From Calditrichia bacterium (GTDB taxonomy: Bacteria > Calditrichota > Calditrichia > RBG-13-44-9 > J075): a stretch of 49,514 nucleotides of DNA. Positions 37,889-47,175 of the stretch are shown piece by piece. The notes beneath the pieces are model-generated. The model had not been told where the DNA came from. It made no database searches and was given only the letters and a program-made list of their open reading frames with translations. The stretch covers positions 414-49,927 of the forward strand of contig JBOEGD010000036.1 in the NCBI GenBank assembly GCA_050633245.1, read 5' to 3'. Position 1 is the first letter of the stretch; each line of letters starts with the position of its first letter. The position numbers and the translations under genes were made by a program.

Positions 37889-39604
37889 TTAGTTCTTTTT
37901 AGAACTTTCTTTATTGCTCTCCTCGTTCTTTGCCATCTTTTTTAATACCCAATTTTTTGGGTCAACTTTGACTTCTGCTTCAGATGGAACGTTTAATTCC
38001 AGCTCACCGTTTATGAAGTCGTAGCGTTGAACGTTTCCATCAATGCTTATTTCCAGCGGCATCGGAAATGGTAAATCTTTAACCGTCTTCCATTTCAATG
38101 TTAATTGCTTACCGACGCGCTCTATCTCCAGCTCGGGTAGCGCAGCGTTCCGTAAATAGACTTCAAAAAACCAGTCCAAAGGCTGTTTGTAGATAGACTC
38201 CGCTGTTCGCAGATAATCATCTGTTGTAACGAAACGGCACTGGCTGCCATCCAGTCGTTTTTCCCATTCCTCTGTAGGGTAGGCAAATCTGCGAAGCGAC
38301 AGGAGCATGTTTTCTTTTCCAATCACAAAACGCAGTGCATGTAGAACAAGGCTTCCCTTATTGTAGACATCGCCATCGCTTTCCAGGTAGTCTGGTGGCA
38401 GGAAGTAGCGTTCTGTGGCAGTTTGAGATTCGCGCGGAGCGACCGGACTTAAGTTGCGGATGCGTGGTCTAAATGCATTGAAATAAGCATGATAGGCTGC
38501 CTCACCATCACGTTCTTCGTTGTAAAGCCCGTGCATGTAGGCACAGTGACCTTCGTGAAGCCAAAAGTCACGCCAGTCGAGAGCAGTAACCAGGTTGCCC
38601 CACCACTCATGTCCTAACTCGTGATGATGCAGTAAATCATAGCCGTAAATGCTGGCTTTATACTCATTTCCATACGCAATAATCGTTTGGTGCTCCATGC
38701 CGAGAAAGGGAGTCTCTGCTACGCCATACTTCTCATTGCGAAAGGGATAGGGACCAAGCAGCCGTTCATAGAAAGCAACATGCTCCATCATTTCCATAAA
38801 TAGAATCTTTCCTTTTTCAAGGCGCTCTGGGCGGACGTAGAACTGGAAGGGCATTGTATCACCTGCAACAGAAACGAAGGTCGAGTCTAGTAATACATAA
38901 GGAGCGATGTTTAAGGCAACATTATAGTTGTTGATGGGATTTGCTACAAACCAATGGAAAGTGGTTTTGTCGTTTTTCTCTTCAATCGTTTTTTGCAGGA
39001 CCCCATTAGATGCGACGATCAATCCCTTTGGCACCGTAACGCGAATATGCATGGAGTCCGGTTCATCTGAAGGATGATCTTTGCATGGAAACCATAAATC
39101 AGCGCCGTCGCTTTGCATGGACGTGGCAATCCATGGTTCGCCGGACTCCGTGCTGCTCCAGGTAAAGCCACCTACCCAGGGTGGTGCAGGGGCTTCCTTC
39201 GGTTTACCGTGATAGCGAATGGTTGCTTCCAGTTTTGAACCCGGCTGTCTGCTAAAATGGAGATGTATCCATAAGCGATTACCGCGCCGCTCAACTTCTG
39301 CTCTGTGATGCGAACCTTCATAGCCACTGAAGGTGACCTCGTCTACTATTAACGCCGTGTCCAGATCGAGGACCAGCCACTCAACAGGGTTTACAATGGT
39401 TGCGTGTAGACTAAGCTCGGCCTGAATACTTTTTGTCGGTGGATCGACAGCTACCTGAAGATCCATATAAGTGACGTCATAGCTTGCCTGCTCTGCTAAG
39501 AGGACGCCACCGGAATCAGTTGGTCTAACGCCGAGCTTTCGTTGAGCCGGTAAAAGACTTGAAAGGCAAAGAAGTAGCAACAATACAATAGTAGGTTTGA
39601 ACAT
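37889..39604 (-). CDS. Exported M1-family zinc aminopeptidase
   Basis: Signal peptide; 'WFPCKDHP', 'GMEHQT', 'HELGHEWWGN...WLHEG', 'VYNKGS.VLH.LR'. Confidence 0.93.
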   Translation of the reverse strand: MFKPTIVLLLLLCLSSLLPAQRKLGVRPTDSGGVLLAEQASYDVTYMDLQVAVDPPTKSIQAELSLHATIVNPVEWLVLDLDTALIVDEVTFSGYEGSHHRAEVERRGNRLWIHLHFSRQPGSKLEATIRYHGKPKEAPAPPWVGGFTWSSTESGEPWIATSMQSDGADLWFPCKDHPSDEPDSMHIRVTVPKGLIVASNGVLQKTIEEKNDKTTFHWFVANPINNYNVALNIAPYVLLDSTFVSVAGDTMPFQFYVRPERLEKGKILFMEMMEHVAFYERLLGPYPFRNEKYGVAETPFLGMEHQTIIAYGNEYKASIYGYDLLHHHELGHEWWGNLVTALDWRDFWLHEGHCAYMHGLYNEERDGEAAYHAYFNAFRPRIRNLSPVAPRESQTATERYFLPPDYLESDGDVYNKGSLVLHALRFVIGKENMLLSLRRFAYPTEEWEKRLDGSQCRFVTTDDYLRTAESIYKQPLDWFFEVYLRNAALPELEIERVGKQLTLKWKTVKDLPFPMPLEISIDGNVQRYDFINGELELNVPSEAEVKVDPKNWVLKKMAKNEESNKESSKKN

Positions 39605-39618
39605 TGGTTGTCCTGTCT

Positions 39619-39657
39619 CTGAGTTCTGAGTTTGAAAAAGTGAAAAGTGAAAAGTGA
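39619..39657 (-). repeat. Composite heptamer repeat (CACTTTT)3-(AACTCAG)2 on the minus strand
   Basis: Plus strand ctgagtt ctgagtt tg a aaaagtg aaaagtg aaaagtg; same composite as 513-566. Confidence 0.85.
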
Positions 39658-39736
39658 ATTAGACAATCTTCCTTTTACTAATTCTCCCGCTCACCAATTC
39701 TCCCGCTTTCCCATTCGCGTATTTTTGAGTTCTGTT

Positions 39737-40774
39737 CTAAAAATTAATCTTGCTAATCCGTCCATTGCTACCTGCTGCCCAACCCACACGGGAGTTTGGC
39801 GCAAAATCAACAACGTAATATCCAACCGTATCCAGAGCAGTCCAGGTTTGGCCTGCATCAAAAGACATATCAGAACCTGTTCTTCCTACGGCCAGTAGTT
39901 GAGCTTCCGTTAGATAACGAACGCAAGAGCGATAGGCCAGCTCGTTTTCAGAGTCTACTGCCGACCAATTCTTTCCGCCATCCGAGGTTATCGAAACATT
40001 GTTTTGACTGCGCTCAGGATTCTGATAGTCTCCTCCGGTGGCAATTCCATTTAGCGAATCGCGAAAGGCGAGAGAGAATATTCCTGTGCTACTTTCTCCG
40101 GAAACAAATGAGGTCGTTGCGACTTGCCAGGTATCTCCACGGTCGGTTGATAATAGAACACGTGCTGCTTTCCCACCGGTTCCAATCCACACCTGGCCTT
40201 TTCCATGCACAGTAATGCACGTGCCGCTGGCAGCAAAGGCATATTCACCCTCCAACGCCTCGGGAGACTGAGCTTCCGGCAACATATCCCAGGAAGAACC
40301 ACCGTCTACAGTTCGCAAAATTCGAAAGCGTCCGTTAACCGGATCGCTAAAGGCAATGCCGTCTTCTTTATTCCAAAAAGCGAAGGCGCTATAGAAGGCT
40401 TCCTCCGTCTCATTTGTAAATTGCAAATGCCAGTCCTTTCCGCCATTAATTGTTTTATAAATGCGCGATTTGTTGCCGGGACCGGCGGCCAACAAATAAG
40501 CGGTTTTATCATCGAAGGCTTCAACGTCTCGAAAATCAAGCGAGTCTGCATCGGGAACCACTCCTTTTTTCCACGATTGACCGCCGTCTGTTGTTATTGA
40601 ATAAGAACCCTGCATACCGCTAACCCAGGCTGTCGTTTCATTCACGACGCTCAATCCGCGACAGTTGCCTTCAATTCCGCTGGTTTGTGTGTTCCAGGTG
40701 AACTGTATTGGTGTATTGTTACAGGCTAAAAACAGGAAGGAGATAATGAAGAAGTGAATCGAAATGATTCTCAT
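39737..40774 (-). CDS. BNR/Asp-box (Ycf48-like) beta-propeller lipoprotein
   Basis: Lipobox 'LFLAC'; repeated 'T.DGG.(S/T)W' Asp-boxes. Confidence 0.88.
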   Translation of the reverse strand: MRIISIHFFIISFLFLACNNTPIQFTWNTQTSGIEGNCRGLSVVNETTAWVSGMQGSYSITTDGGQSWKKGVVPDADSLDFRDVEAFDDKTAYLLAAGPGNKSRIYKTINGGKDWHLQFTNETEEAFYSAFAFWNKEDGIAFSDPVNGRFRILRTVDGGSSWDMLPEAQSPEALEGEYAFAASGTCITVHGKGQVWIGTGGKAARVLLSTDRGDTWQVATTSFVSGESSTGIFSLAFRDSLNGIATGGDYQNPERSQNNVSITSDGGKNWSAVDSENELAYRSCVRYLTEAQLLAVGRTGSDMSFDAGQTWTALDTVGYYVVDFAPNSRVGWAAGSNGRISKINF

Positions 40775-40829
40775 AGAAATTCCTCTATTGATAGAGCGGG
40801 AAATGCAGCTTATCTTTTAAGCAACACAT

Positions 40830-40946
40830 TCAAAAAGCGCCAAAATACAACATTATTGCTGCACAGAGCGCTGCGGCGGATAGTGCCAGAGAAAAGATTG
40901 CCCAATTTCGGCTTATTTGAGAGTATTTAAACAATTTCTTACTCAT
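40830..40946 (-). CDS. Possible 38-aa single-TM small protein
   Basis: MSKKLFKYSQISRNWAIFSLALSAAALCAAIMLYFGAF: basic N-terminus plus hydrophobic helix, in intergenic space and co-oriented with the downstream gene. Confidence 0.3.
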   Translation of the reverse strand: MSKKLFKYSQISRNWAIFSLALSAAALCAAIMLYFGAF

Positions 40947-41163
40947 ATTTGCAGTAACATCTTTTCCATGCAGAAAGTATAGCGCATCAGCTTTAGAGAA
41001 GCAAATAATTCTAATACGGGGTGATTTCCCACACAAACTTAAATCCATTGTGAACTTTAATTCGTAATTCTAGTTGTCGGGGAAGTAATTATTCTCAAAA
41101 GGCTTTCAAAGAAGGTTTTCTGAGCCTCCTTGTAAATTCACCGCAAAAAAACTCAAAGTATTT

Positions 41164-43317
41164 ATGGATGATATAACCGGAAAGTATGAACTCCAGGAAG
41201 AACTGGGTAGAGGAAGCTTCGGTGTCGTATACAAAGCCTGGCATGAATCGCTGCATCGAACTGTGGCAATAAAGAAACTTTCGGAGCAATTTTCGAAAGA
41301 TACTCTGCTGAATAAACGTTTTTTGCTGGAAGCTCGTCTCGCTGCCACGCTAATCCATGAAAACCTGGCAATCATCCACGATTTTGGCGAGGATGAAAAA
41401 GGCACTCCATTCATTGTTATGGAATTTGTTGACGGGGTTAGCCTTAAGGAAGTTACTTCGAGCAGAATTGACTATAGCCTGTCAGAAAAAATGCAGTTTG
41501 CAGTACAAATCTGCCGTGGATTACAGGTGGTGCACGAAAAGCAGATTGTACATCGTGATATCAAACCTGCCAATATCATGCTAAACAAAGATGGTACGAT
41601 TAAGATCATGGATTTTGGCATTGCCAAGGTGCTAAGCGAAGAGCTGCAGCAAAACATTACCATTGGCACCAGTGGTGCTCTGGGAACAGTGAGCTATATG
41701 TCTCCCGAGCAGACTCTTGGTGCAAAGCTGGATCATCGCTCTGATATCTTCTCATTTGGCGTGTTGCTGTATGAACTGGCAAGTGGCTGGAAGCCGTTTA
41801 ATGGAAATGGCATATACACAAAGTTCAACAGCATTCAAAAAGATCCCCCGATGGAGATCATTGTTGAAAAAATAGAACCGTACCCGGCGCTTTGGGACAT
41901 TATCCGAACCTGCTTGCAAAAGAAGCCTGAAGACCGCTATCAAACCATGAATGAGGTTCGCCAGGATCTGGAAAAGTGCCTCGAGAATCCTGTTTCCGGC
42001 GAGTCATCAGGTATCCCTGCTTATCATTTCCTTAATAAGGCTGACAAAACTATCTCCAGGAGTGAAGCCAGCTCTGAGCAGACGGTTTTGGTCGACACTT
42101 CTGGCAGTGCTTCTACAAAAGTAGATAAACCGCCCTTTGTTAATCCTATGGTGCTAATCATTTCTGCAGTTGTCCTCGTTGGTATCAGCCTGTTTGCCTA
42201 TTTTATGACGAGTCAGCCGGAGAGCATTAAGAATAATGCTGCTGTAGAAGAGACATTGAAGGCAGAACCTGAAGAACTTGAAGTAAAGACACCTCCGTTG
42301 GAATGGAAAAAAAACACGCCATCTACAGCATCGAATAAGCCAGCTGACCAACCGTCTCAACCGGCAAAAACCGTGAAAAAACGGTCGCAGAAAACAAACA
42401 CGCTAAGCAATAGGGACATAAATAAGGCTGTGGCTCCGGCAAAGAAAACGGTCAGACCCTCACCCGATATACGGAATAAAGCGCTTGCAGACTCGCTTCA
42501 AGCTGCTCTAGCGCTTTTCAAATCGAAGAATTTACCGTTTTCTAATTCAATGGCCATTTCTACAGAAATAGAGGCTTTGGATTCGCGCGAAACCAAAGCA
42601 ACGGAAGAGTTGAATAATAGGAAGTTTTCAGAAGCTGCCGCTGTCTTTGCAGAGACACTGACAGGCTACCGAAACGCAGTGAAGCTTCATAACGCCTTGC
42701 TTGCGGCAAGAAAAAGTTACAACAGTGGTCTATACGAAATTGGTTTAGCAGAACTTGAGCAGGTGTCTGGATTAACCGCATCAAACGACTATGCAAAAGA
42801 ATTGCAAAATCAGTTAAGTGAGGCTCAGATGAAGCAGCAGATTGTATTGCAGACAGCGGCTTCATTGTCTCAGTCAGGGAAACTTAAGGACGCAATGCAG
42901 TTGCTCGATGGACTTCCTGAACAGGAGCGCAGTGCAAAAATAGTTCAAGAGAACAGGTCTTCAATTGTTGCTATGGATCGCAGCCGTCCGGTAGTCGAGC
43001 ACAAATCTTCAAAGAATTATAATCATACCAAACCGCTGCGATTGCAGGCCTCGATTCAAGAAAACCTTAAACTCGACTACGTTAAGCTGTTTTATCGGCA
43101 GCAAGGTGAGGTTGATTTTCTTCAAAAAACTGTCAATCCCTCAGGCAATGGAGAGGTTTCTGTAGACATTCCCGTTGAATTTCATCAGGGAAAAGAGATC
43201 GAGTATTATTGGGTTGCATGCGATGTTGCTGGAAATGAGACCCTCGCCAAGTCTGAAAAAGGCAAGCCCTTTCGCATCAAGCGTAAGCAAAAACACTACA
43301 TACCGCGCGCGCCTTAA
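41164..43317 (+). CDS. Hanks-type Ser/Thr protein kinase with TM helix and extracytoplasmic helical + Ig-like C-terminal region
   Basis: 'LGRGSFGVVY', 'VAIK', 'HRDIKPANI', 'DFGIAK', 'GTVSYMSPEQ', 'SDIFSFG'; TM 'MVLIISAVVLVGISLFAYF'. Confidence 0.95.
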   Translation: MDDITGKYELQEELGRGSFGVVYKAWHESLHRTVAIKKLSEQFSKDTLLNKRFLLEARLAATLIHENLAIIHDFGEDEKGTPFIVMEFVDGVSLKEVTSSRIDYSLSEKMQFAVQICRGLQVVHEKQIVHRDIKPANIMLNKDGTIKIMDFGIAKVLSEELQQNITIGTSGALGTVSYMSPEQTLGAKLDHRSDIFSFGVLLYELASGWKPFNGNGIYTKFNSIQKDPPMEIIVEKIEPYPALWDIIRTCLQKKPEDRYQTMNEVRQDLEKCLENPVSGESSGIPAYHFLNKADKTISRSEASSEQTVLVDTSGSASTKVDKPPFVNPMVLIISAVVLVGISLFAYFMTSQPESIKNNAAVEETLKAEPEELEVKTPPLEWKKNTPSTASNKPADQPSQPAKTVKKRSQKTNTLSNRDINKAVAPAKKTVRPSPDIRNKALADSLQAALALFKSKNLPFSNSMAISTEIEALDSRETKATEELNNRKFSEAAAVFAETLTGYRNAVKLHNALLAARKSYNSGLYEIGLAELEQVSGLTASNDYAKELQNQLSEAQMKQQIVLQTAASLSQSGKLKDAMQLLDGLPEQERSAKIVQENRSSIVAMDRSRPVVEHKSSKNYNHTKPLRLQASIQENLKLDYVKLFYRQQGEVDFLQKTVNPSGNGEVSVDIPVEFHQGKEIEYYWVACDVAGNETLAKSEKGKPFRIKRKQKHYIPRAP

Positions 43318-43353
43318 TAGCGGTTTATGAATGAGATTGAAAGGATATTCTGT

Positions 43354-44310
43354 ATGAGAATCACTGTAATTGGAAAGTCCGGATTATTGCTCTTGCAAAT
43401 CCTGTTTATGCTTTCATTTGCACAAGCACAGGATGAGGGCAGATCGCTTGGTCTTAGCATTGGGTCGGCTGTTTGGATGAATCGATGTGACATCCCGGCG
43501 GCACAACAGTCTTCGCAGTTAGAGCCTTCATTTGGCCCGTTTGTCTCATTGAGCTATGGCAAGTTTATCTTTGGCATGACGTTTTTCCATGGCCGATTTC
43601 AATTCGATCCGCAGGATGGGATAACCCGTTTAGATGATGGTCGCTTTGCATTTAGCGATGCCACTTCAAGAGAGCGACGTTTTACCACAGACGGCTGGAC
43701 GCGTAGAACCGATGTAGACGTAAATATTCGCTATGTCTTTAACCGCTATGCACAACTTTCCTTCGGCCTTACACTGAATAGGCGGCAGGCAAGCGTCGAC
43801 GTCTTGCGTGGACCGCGACAGTTGGATGACGGTGGAATCATTCTTCCGAATGATGAGCAAAATGTTTCCCGGTTAAAATATACCTCGAACCAGTTGTGGA
43901 TAAATGAGGGTATACATGGTTCTTTCGGTATAGAGACCATATCAAGCCGGTTCTCTATGTTCTACAGTGGATCTGTGTTGTTGATTGTCGGTGAGGAGGG
44001 GACCGCAAGCGTTGAGACCTACCTTGGACAGGATCGTGAATTTAACACAAGCCGCGTTGCATATAAGTGGGTGCGAGACGAGGCGAGCGGTCAAGGCGGA
44101 ATTATTTTTGAGCCATTGGAGAGCCGTGGAATTGGCACCAATGCCGGAATGACGTTTAGCTCCGGCCTCGGGTTTGAAGTGTACGACCGGCCATCGCTCG
44201 TGTTGTTTGTCGGATATAACCTAAAATTCTTTGCCGAAAAAGAGACTGAATTACTGGACAATTCTATTTTTCATGGTCCTTATATGGGACTTAGCTGGAA
44301 TGTGTTCTAA
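43354..44310 (+). CDS. Probable outer-membrane beta-barrel protein of unknown function
   Basis: Signal peptide (AQA/Q); alternating strands; C-terminal 'YMGLSWNVF' BAM-type motif; start ATG 43354 (GAAAGGA RBS) or 43327. Confidence 0.7.
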   Translation: MRITVIGKSGLLLLQILFMLSFAQAQDEGRSLGLSIGSAVWMNRCDIPAAQQSSQLEPSFGPFVSLSYGKFIFGMTFFHGRFQFDPQDGITRLDDGRFAFSDATSRERRFTTDGWTRRTDVDVNIRYVFNRYAQLSFGLTLNRRQASVDVLRGPRQLDDGGIILPNDEQNVSRLKYTSNQLWINEGIHGSFGIETISSRFSMFYSGSVLLIVGEEGTASVETYLGQDREFNTSRVAYKWVRDEASGQGGIIFEPLESRGIGTNAGMTFSSGLGFEVYDRPSLVLFVGYNLKFFAEKETELLDNSIFHGPYMGLSWNVF

Positions 44311-44327
44311 TTGAAAATGAGGAAATT

Positions 44328-44765
44328 ATGCGATATATAATCATCAGTTTATTTGCCTTAGTGATGTTGTTTAGCTGTATAGAGGAAAAGTCTACTGCTG
44401 AAGTGCCGGGCGAGGCTACACTCTATGAGCGCCTGGGTGAATTACCGGCCATAACTGCCGTTGTGGATACCTTCACTGCAAAAGTCGCTGCCAATCAGCA
44501 ATTGCTACCTTTTTTTGCCAACTCTGACCTAACACGTTTCAAGCGATTGTTGGTAGAGATGATTTGCGAGGCTGCCAACGGCCCATGTAGTTATTCCGGG
44601 CGAACCATGACTGAAATTCATGAAGGCATGGGAATTAGCAATGCAGATTTCGATGCATTGGTTGGTGAGCTTCAGGTGACCCTGAATCAGTTTGCAGTTC
44701 CTGCAACAGAACAGCAGGAGTTGATGGCAATAATGGGACTTCGGCGCGCTGACATTGTTGAATAG
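44328..44765 (+). CDS. Group 1 truncated hemoglobin with lipoprotein signal
   Basis: 'TLYERLG', 'I.AVVD.F', 'GPC.YSGR.M.EIH.GMGIS..DFDALV'; N-terminal 'MRYIIISLFALVMLFSC'. Confidence 0.88.
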   Translation: MRYIIISLFALVMLFSCIEEKSTAEVPGEATLYERLGELPAITAVVDTFTAKVAANQQLLPFFANSDLTRFKRLLVEMICEAANGPCSYSGRTMTEIHEGMGISNADFDALVGELQVTLNQFAVPATEQQELMAIMGLRRADIVE

Positions 44766-44785
44766 TCGAATATCTTTTTTGACAT

Positions 44786-44830
44786 AAAGAGGTGCTCTGA
44801 ACATAAGTTTCGGAGCACCTCTTTTGTTTT
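44786..44830. terminator. Bidirectional intrinsic terminator
   Basis: AAAGAGGTGCTC...GAGCACCTCTTTTGTTTT between convergent genes. Confidence 0.85.
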
Positions 44831-44832
44831 CA

Positions 44833-45711
44833 CTATTTTAGAAGAATTAGCTTACGGGTTTGCACTTCATTCGCCGTTTCAAGTCGATACAAATACACTC
44901 CACCAGACAGATCCTGCGGTTGCCATTCACTCTTATAGCTGCCCGGAGCCAATGTTTCGTTTACCAATGTTTCAATCTCTTGTCCCAGTGGATTGTAAAT
45001 CGCCAGCTTTACGTGTTCCGATTTAGTCGTTTTGAATTCAATCGTTGTTGATGGATTAAATGGATTTGGGTAGTTCTGTTTTAGCTCAAACCCTTCGGCG
45101 ATTTCATTGTCATCAAGTCGCTCCACGCCCGTCATATTATTTAACTCAAGATCATCAAGACGAAAGGTTGCCCCGGTAATCGGTGCACCACCGCTGCTGT
45201 TTAGAATTGAGAAGACTATTGAAGCGAAGGCTGCATCACCGGTTCCAAAATACATAATTGGCACAAGAAACGGAGTGAAGTTAGACTCAGCCTGGTCAAT
45301 TATCAATACTCCGGCGCCAATAGGTGTTCCAACGGCATCTGTTACTGAGACGATGACGGATATTTGGTCACCATCGATTGGCATAAAACGATAAAATCCG
45401 GTAAGGGCTGCATATCTTTGGGTAATTGGAAAAAATCCATCCCCGCTTGTACCACTGGCTAAAATGGGAGGAATTATTATCGAATTAAAGTTAATTACCT
45501 GTCCACGAACCGCTGCTACTCCGCTATTGGCCGTATTTACCTGAACCACATTCGAAAAAGAGCCTGGCGTATTACTGGTTGTCCAGCCATCCGGCTCTCC
45601 ATTGGTCCAGTTTTCAAAGCCCGCATTGGGAATCGGATTTTGAGCAAAAAGTGGCACGGCGAAAGCCAGTACTAGAAGGATAAGACGTTTCTTATAGCAA
45701 TCCATCTTCAT
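44833..45711 (-). CDS. Small T9SS-secreted protein with a carbohydrate-binding-like (PCMD-like) beta-sandwich
   Basis: Start probably 45711 or 45705; signal peptide; 'IPNAGFENW...PDGWTTSN'; CTD 'QNYPNPFNP...GGVYLYRL...RKLILLK'. Confidence 0.8.
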   Translation of the reverse strand: MKMDCYKKRLILLVLAFAVPLFAQNPIPNAGFENWTNGEPDGWTTSNTPGSFSNVVQVNTANSGVAAVRGQVINFNSIIIPPILASGTSGDGFFPITQRYAALTGFYRFMPIDGDQISVIVSVTDAVGTPIGAGVLIIDQAESNFTPFLVPIMYFGTGDAAFASIVFSILNSSGGAPITGATFRLDDLELNNMTGVERLDDNEIAEGFELKQNYPNPFNPSTTIEFKTTKSEHVKLAIYNPLGQEIETLVNETLAPGSYKSEWQPQDLSGGVYLYRLETANEVQTRKLILLK

Positions 45712-45803
45712 CAGATAACCCCTGTTTTTATGAATGTATTTACAGCAGTATACCCTTTTTTGAGCGCAATTAAAGTGACGTGGGCAAACCTGGTGTTTTA
45801 TTG

Positions 45804-45856
45804 AGGCAGTAAGGCAGTAAGGCAGTTGATTCATCATTCATAATTCATCATTCATC
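45804..45856. repeat. Short tandem repeats: three AGGCAGT(A) units and four ATTCAT(C/A) units
   Basis: Read directly; the last units overlap the stop codon of the oxidoreductase gene. Confidence 0.85.
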
Positions 45857-47173
45857 AATGGGGGCCTGTTCTCCTCCAAAGCGAATACCCATTTCTTTGA
45901 GCATGTCGAACGGAGCAATACCACCAGCAAAAATAAAAACATAGTCATTAGGTAGATTTATGTCTCCATCGCGCGTGGTGATAACGGTTGAACTATCCTC
46001 TATTGACTTCAGGTTGCTTTCCCAAATTGGTTTAATACGTCCTTGATTAATCAGTTTTTCTATGCGATCCTGATTCAAGCGCTTAATGCGAAAAAATTGC
46101 TTTTTACGGTAGGAAATGTGAACGGTATTACTTGTTTGTTTGGCAAGCCCGATAGCTGCTTCGACTGCGCTATCTCCACCGCCGACTATTAATACCCGGC
46201 TGTTAGTATAGGACTGTGCATCTATAAGTTGGTAACTTACTTTTTGTAACTGTTCGCCTGGAATATTCAACTTTCGAGGCGAACCGCGCCGACCAAGCGC
46301 TAAAATAATCTTGCGTGCTTTTATGGTCGATTGAGTGGTTACGATCTCAAAAAAATCGTTTTGGCGCTCAATTGTTTTAAGCGAATGTCCGTGCTTAACA
46401 CAAATCTGCTTTTTCTTTAGAATATCCTGCCAAATTTCAAGCAATTCTTCTTTGGTATATTCTGCTTTTTGCAGTGTCCCATAACCCGGGATTTCTGCCG
46501 GAGTTGTCATAACTAACTTGCGCCTTGGATATTGTAAAATAGTGCCTCCGGCCTTTTGCCGATCAATAATCGCGTAGTTTAAGCCAGCCTCGGCCAACCT
46601 GAGTGCCCCACTCAGGCCGGCCGGACCAGCACCGATGACAACGGCGTCATATGTGTCATCGCTAACAGACATATTTTCTAAAGTGTGTTGACGTACTATT
46701 TCGGCTGCAGACTCGCGACCCTGGTTTATGGCATTTTTAATTAGTGATAAACCACCAAGTTCTCCTGCAATAAAAAGCCCCGGAACGCTGGTCTCACCTG
46801 TCTCGCTGAGAATTGGAATGTCAGGACGCGTGTTTACGTCGCCTAAGCCAACAACAATGGCCTGTACCGGACAAGCAGGTTCACAGTGCCCGTGCCCGAC
46901 ACAGCGAAGGCCATTAACAATTTGAGCTTTTCCCCAAACCACCCGCAGCACGTCTTTTTCAGGGCAAGCATCGACGCAGGCACCACAGCCAATGCAGAGC
47001 GACAAGTTAATCTGGGGATATTGTGCCTGGGCTTTAATGATACCGAGGTCTTCTGCTTCCAGACGTTTTGCGATGTTTACTTTTTGTTCGCGCGAATGTC
47101 GTAGAAAATACGGTAGAAAGATTAGCAGAGCGACTCCGCAGGTTACTAACCAAATTAGAAAAGATTCCTGCAT
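45848..47173 (-). CDS. Membrane-anchored 4Fe-4S dicluster + FAD/NAD(P)-dependent oxidoreductase (TrxB/FNR-like)
   Basis: N-terminal TM; CIGCGACVDACP and CVGHGHCEPACP; 'VIGAGPAG'; 'IVGGGDSAVEAA'; 'SYRK'. Confidence 0.88.
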   Translation of the reverse strand: MQESFLIWLVTCGVALLIFLPYFLRHSREQKVNIAKRLEAEDLGIIKAQAQYPQINLSLCIGCGACVDACPEKDVLRVVWGKAQIVNGLRCVGHGHCEPACPVQAIVVGLGDVNTRPDIPILSETGETSVPGLFIAGELGGLSLIKNAINQGRESAAEIVRQHTLENMSVSDDTYDAVVIGAGPAGLSGALRLAEAGLNYAIIDRQKAGGTILQYPRRKLVMTTPAEIPGYGTLQKAEYTKEELLEIWQDILKKKQICVKHGHSLKTIERQNDFFEIVTTQSTIKARKIILALGRRGSPRKLNIPGEQLQKVSYQLIDAQSYTNSRVLIVGGGDSAVEAAIGLAKQTSNTVHISYRKKQFFRIKRLNQDRIEKLINQGRIKPIWESNLKSIEDSSTVITTRDGDINLPNDYVFIFAGGIAPFDMLKEMGIRFGGEQAPIDE

Positions 47174-47175
47174 AA

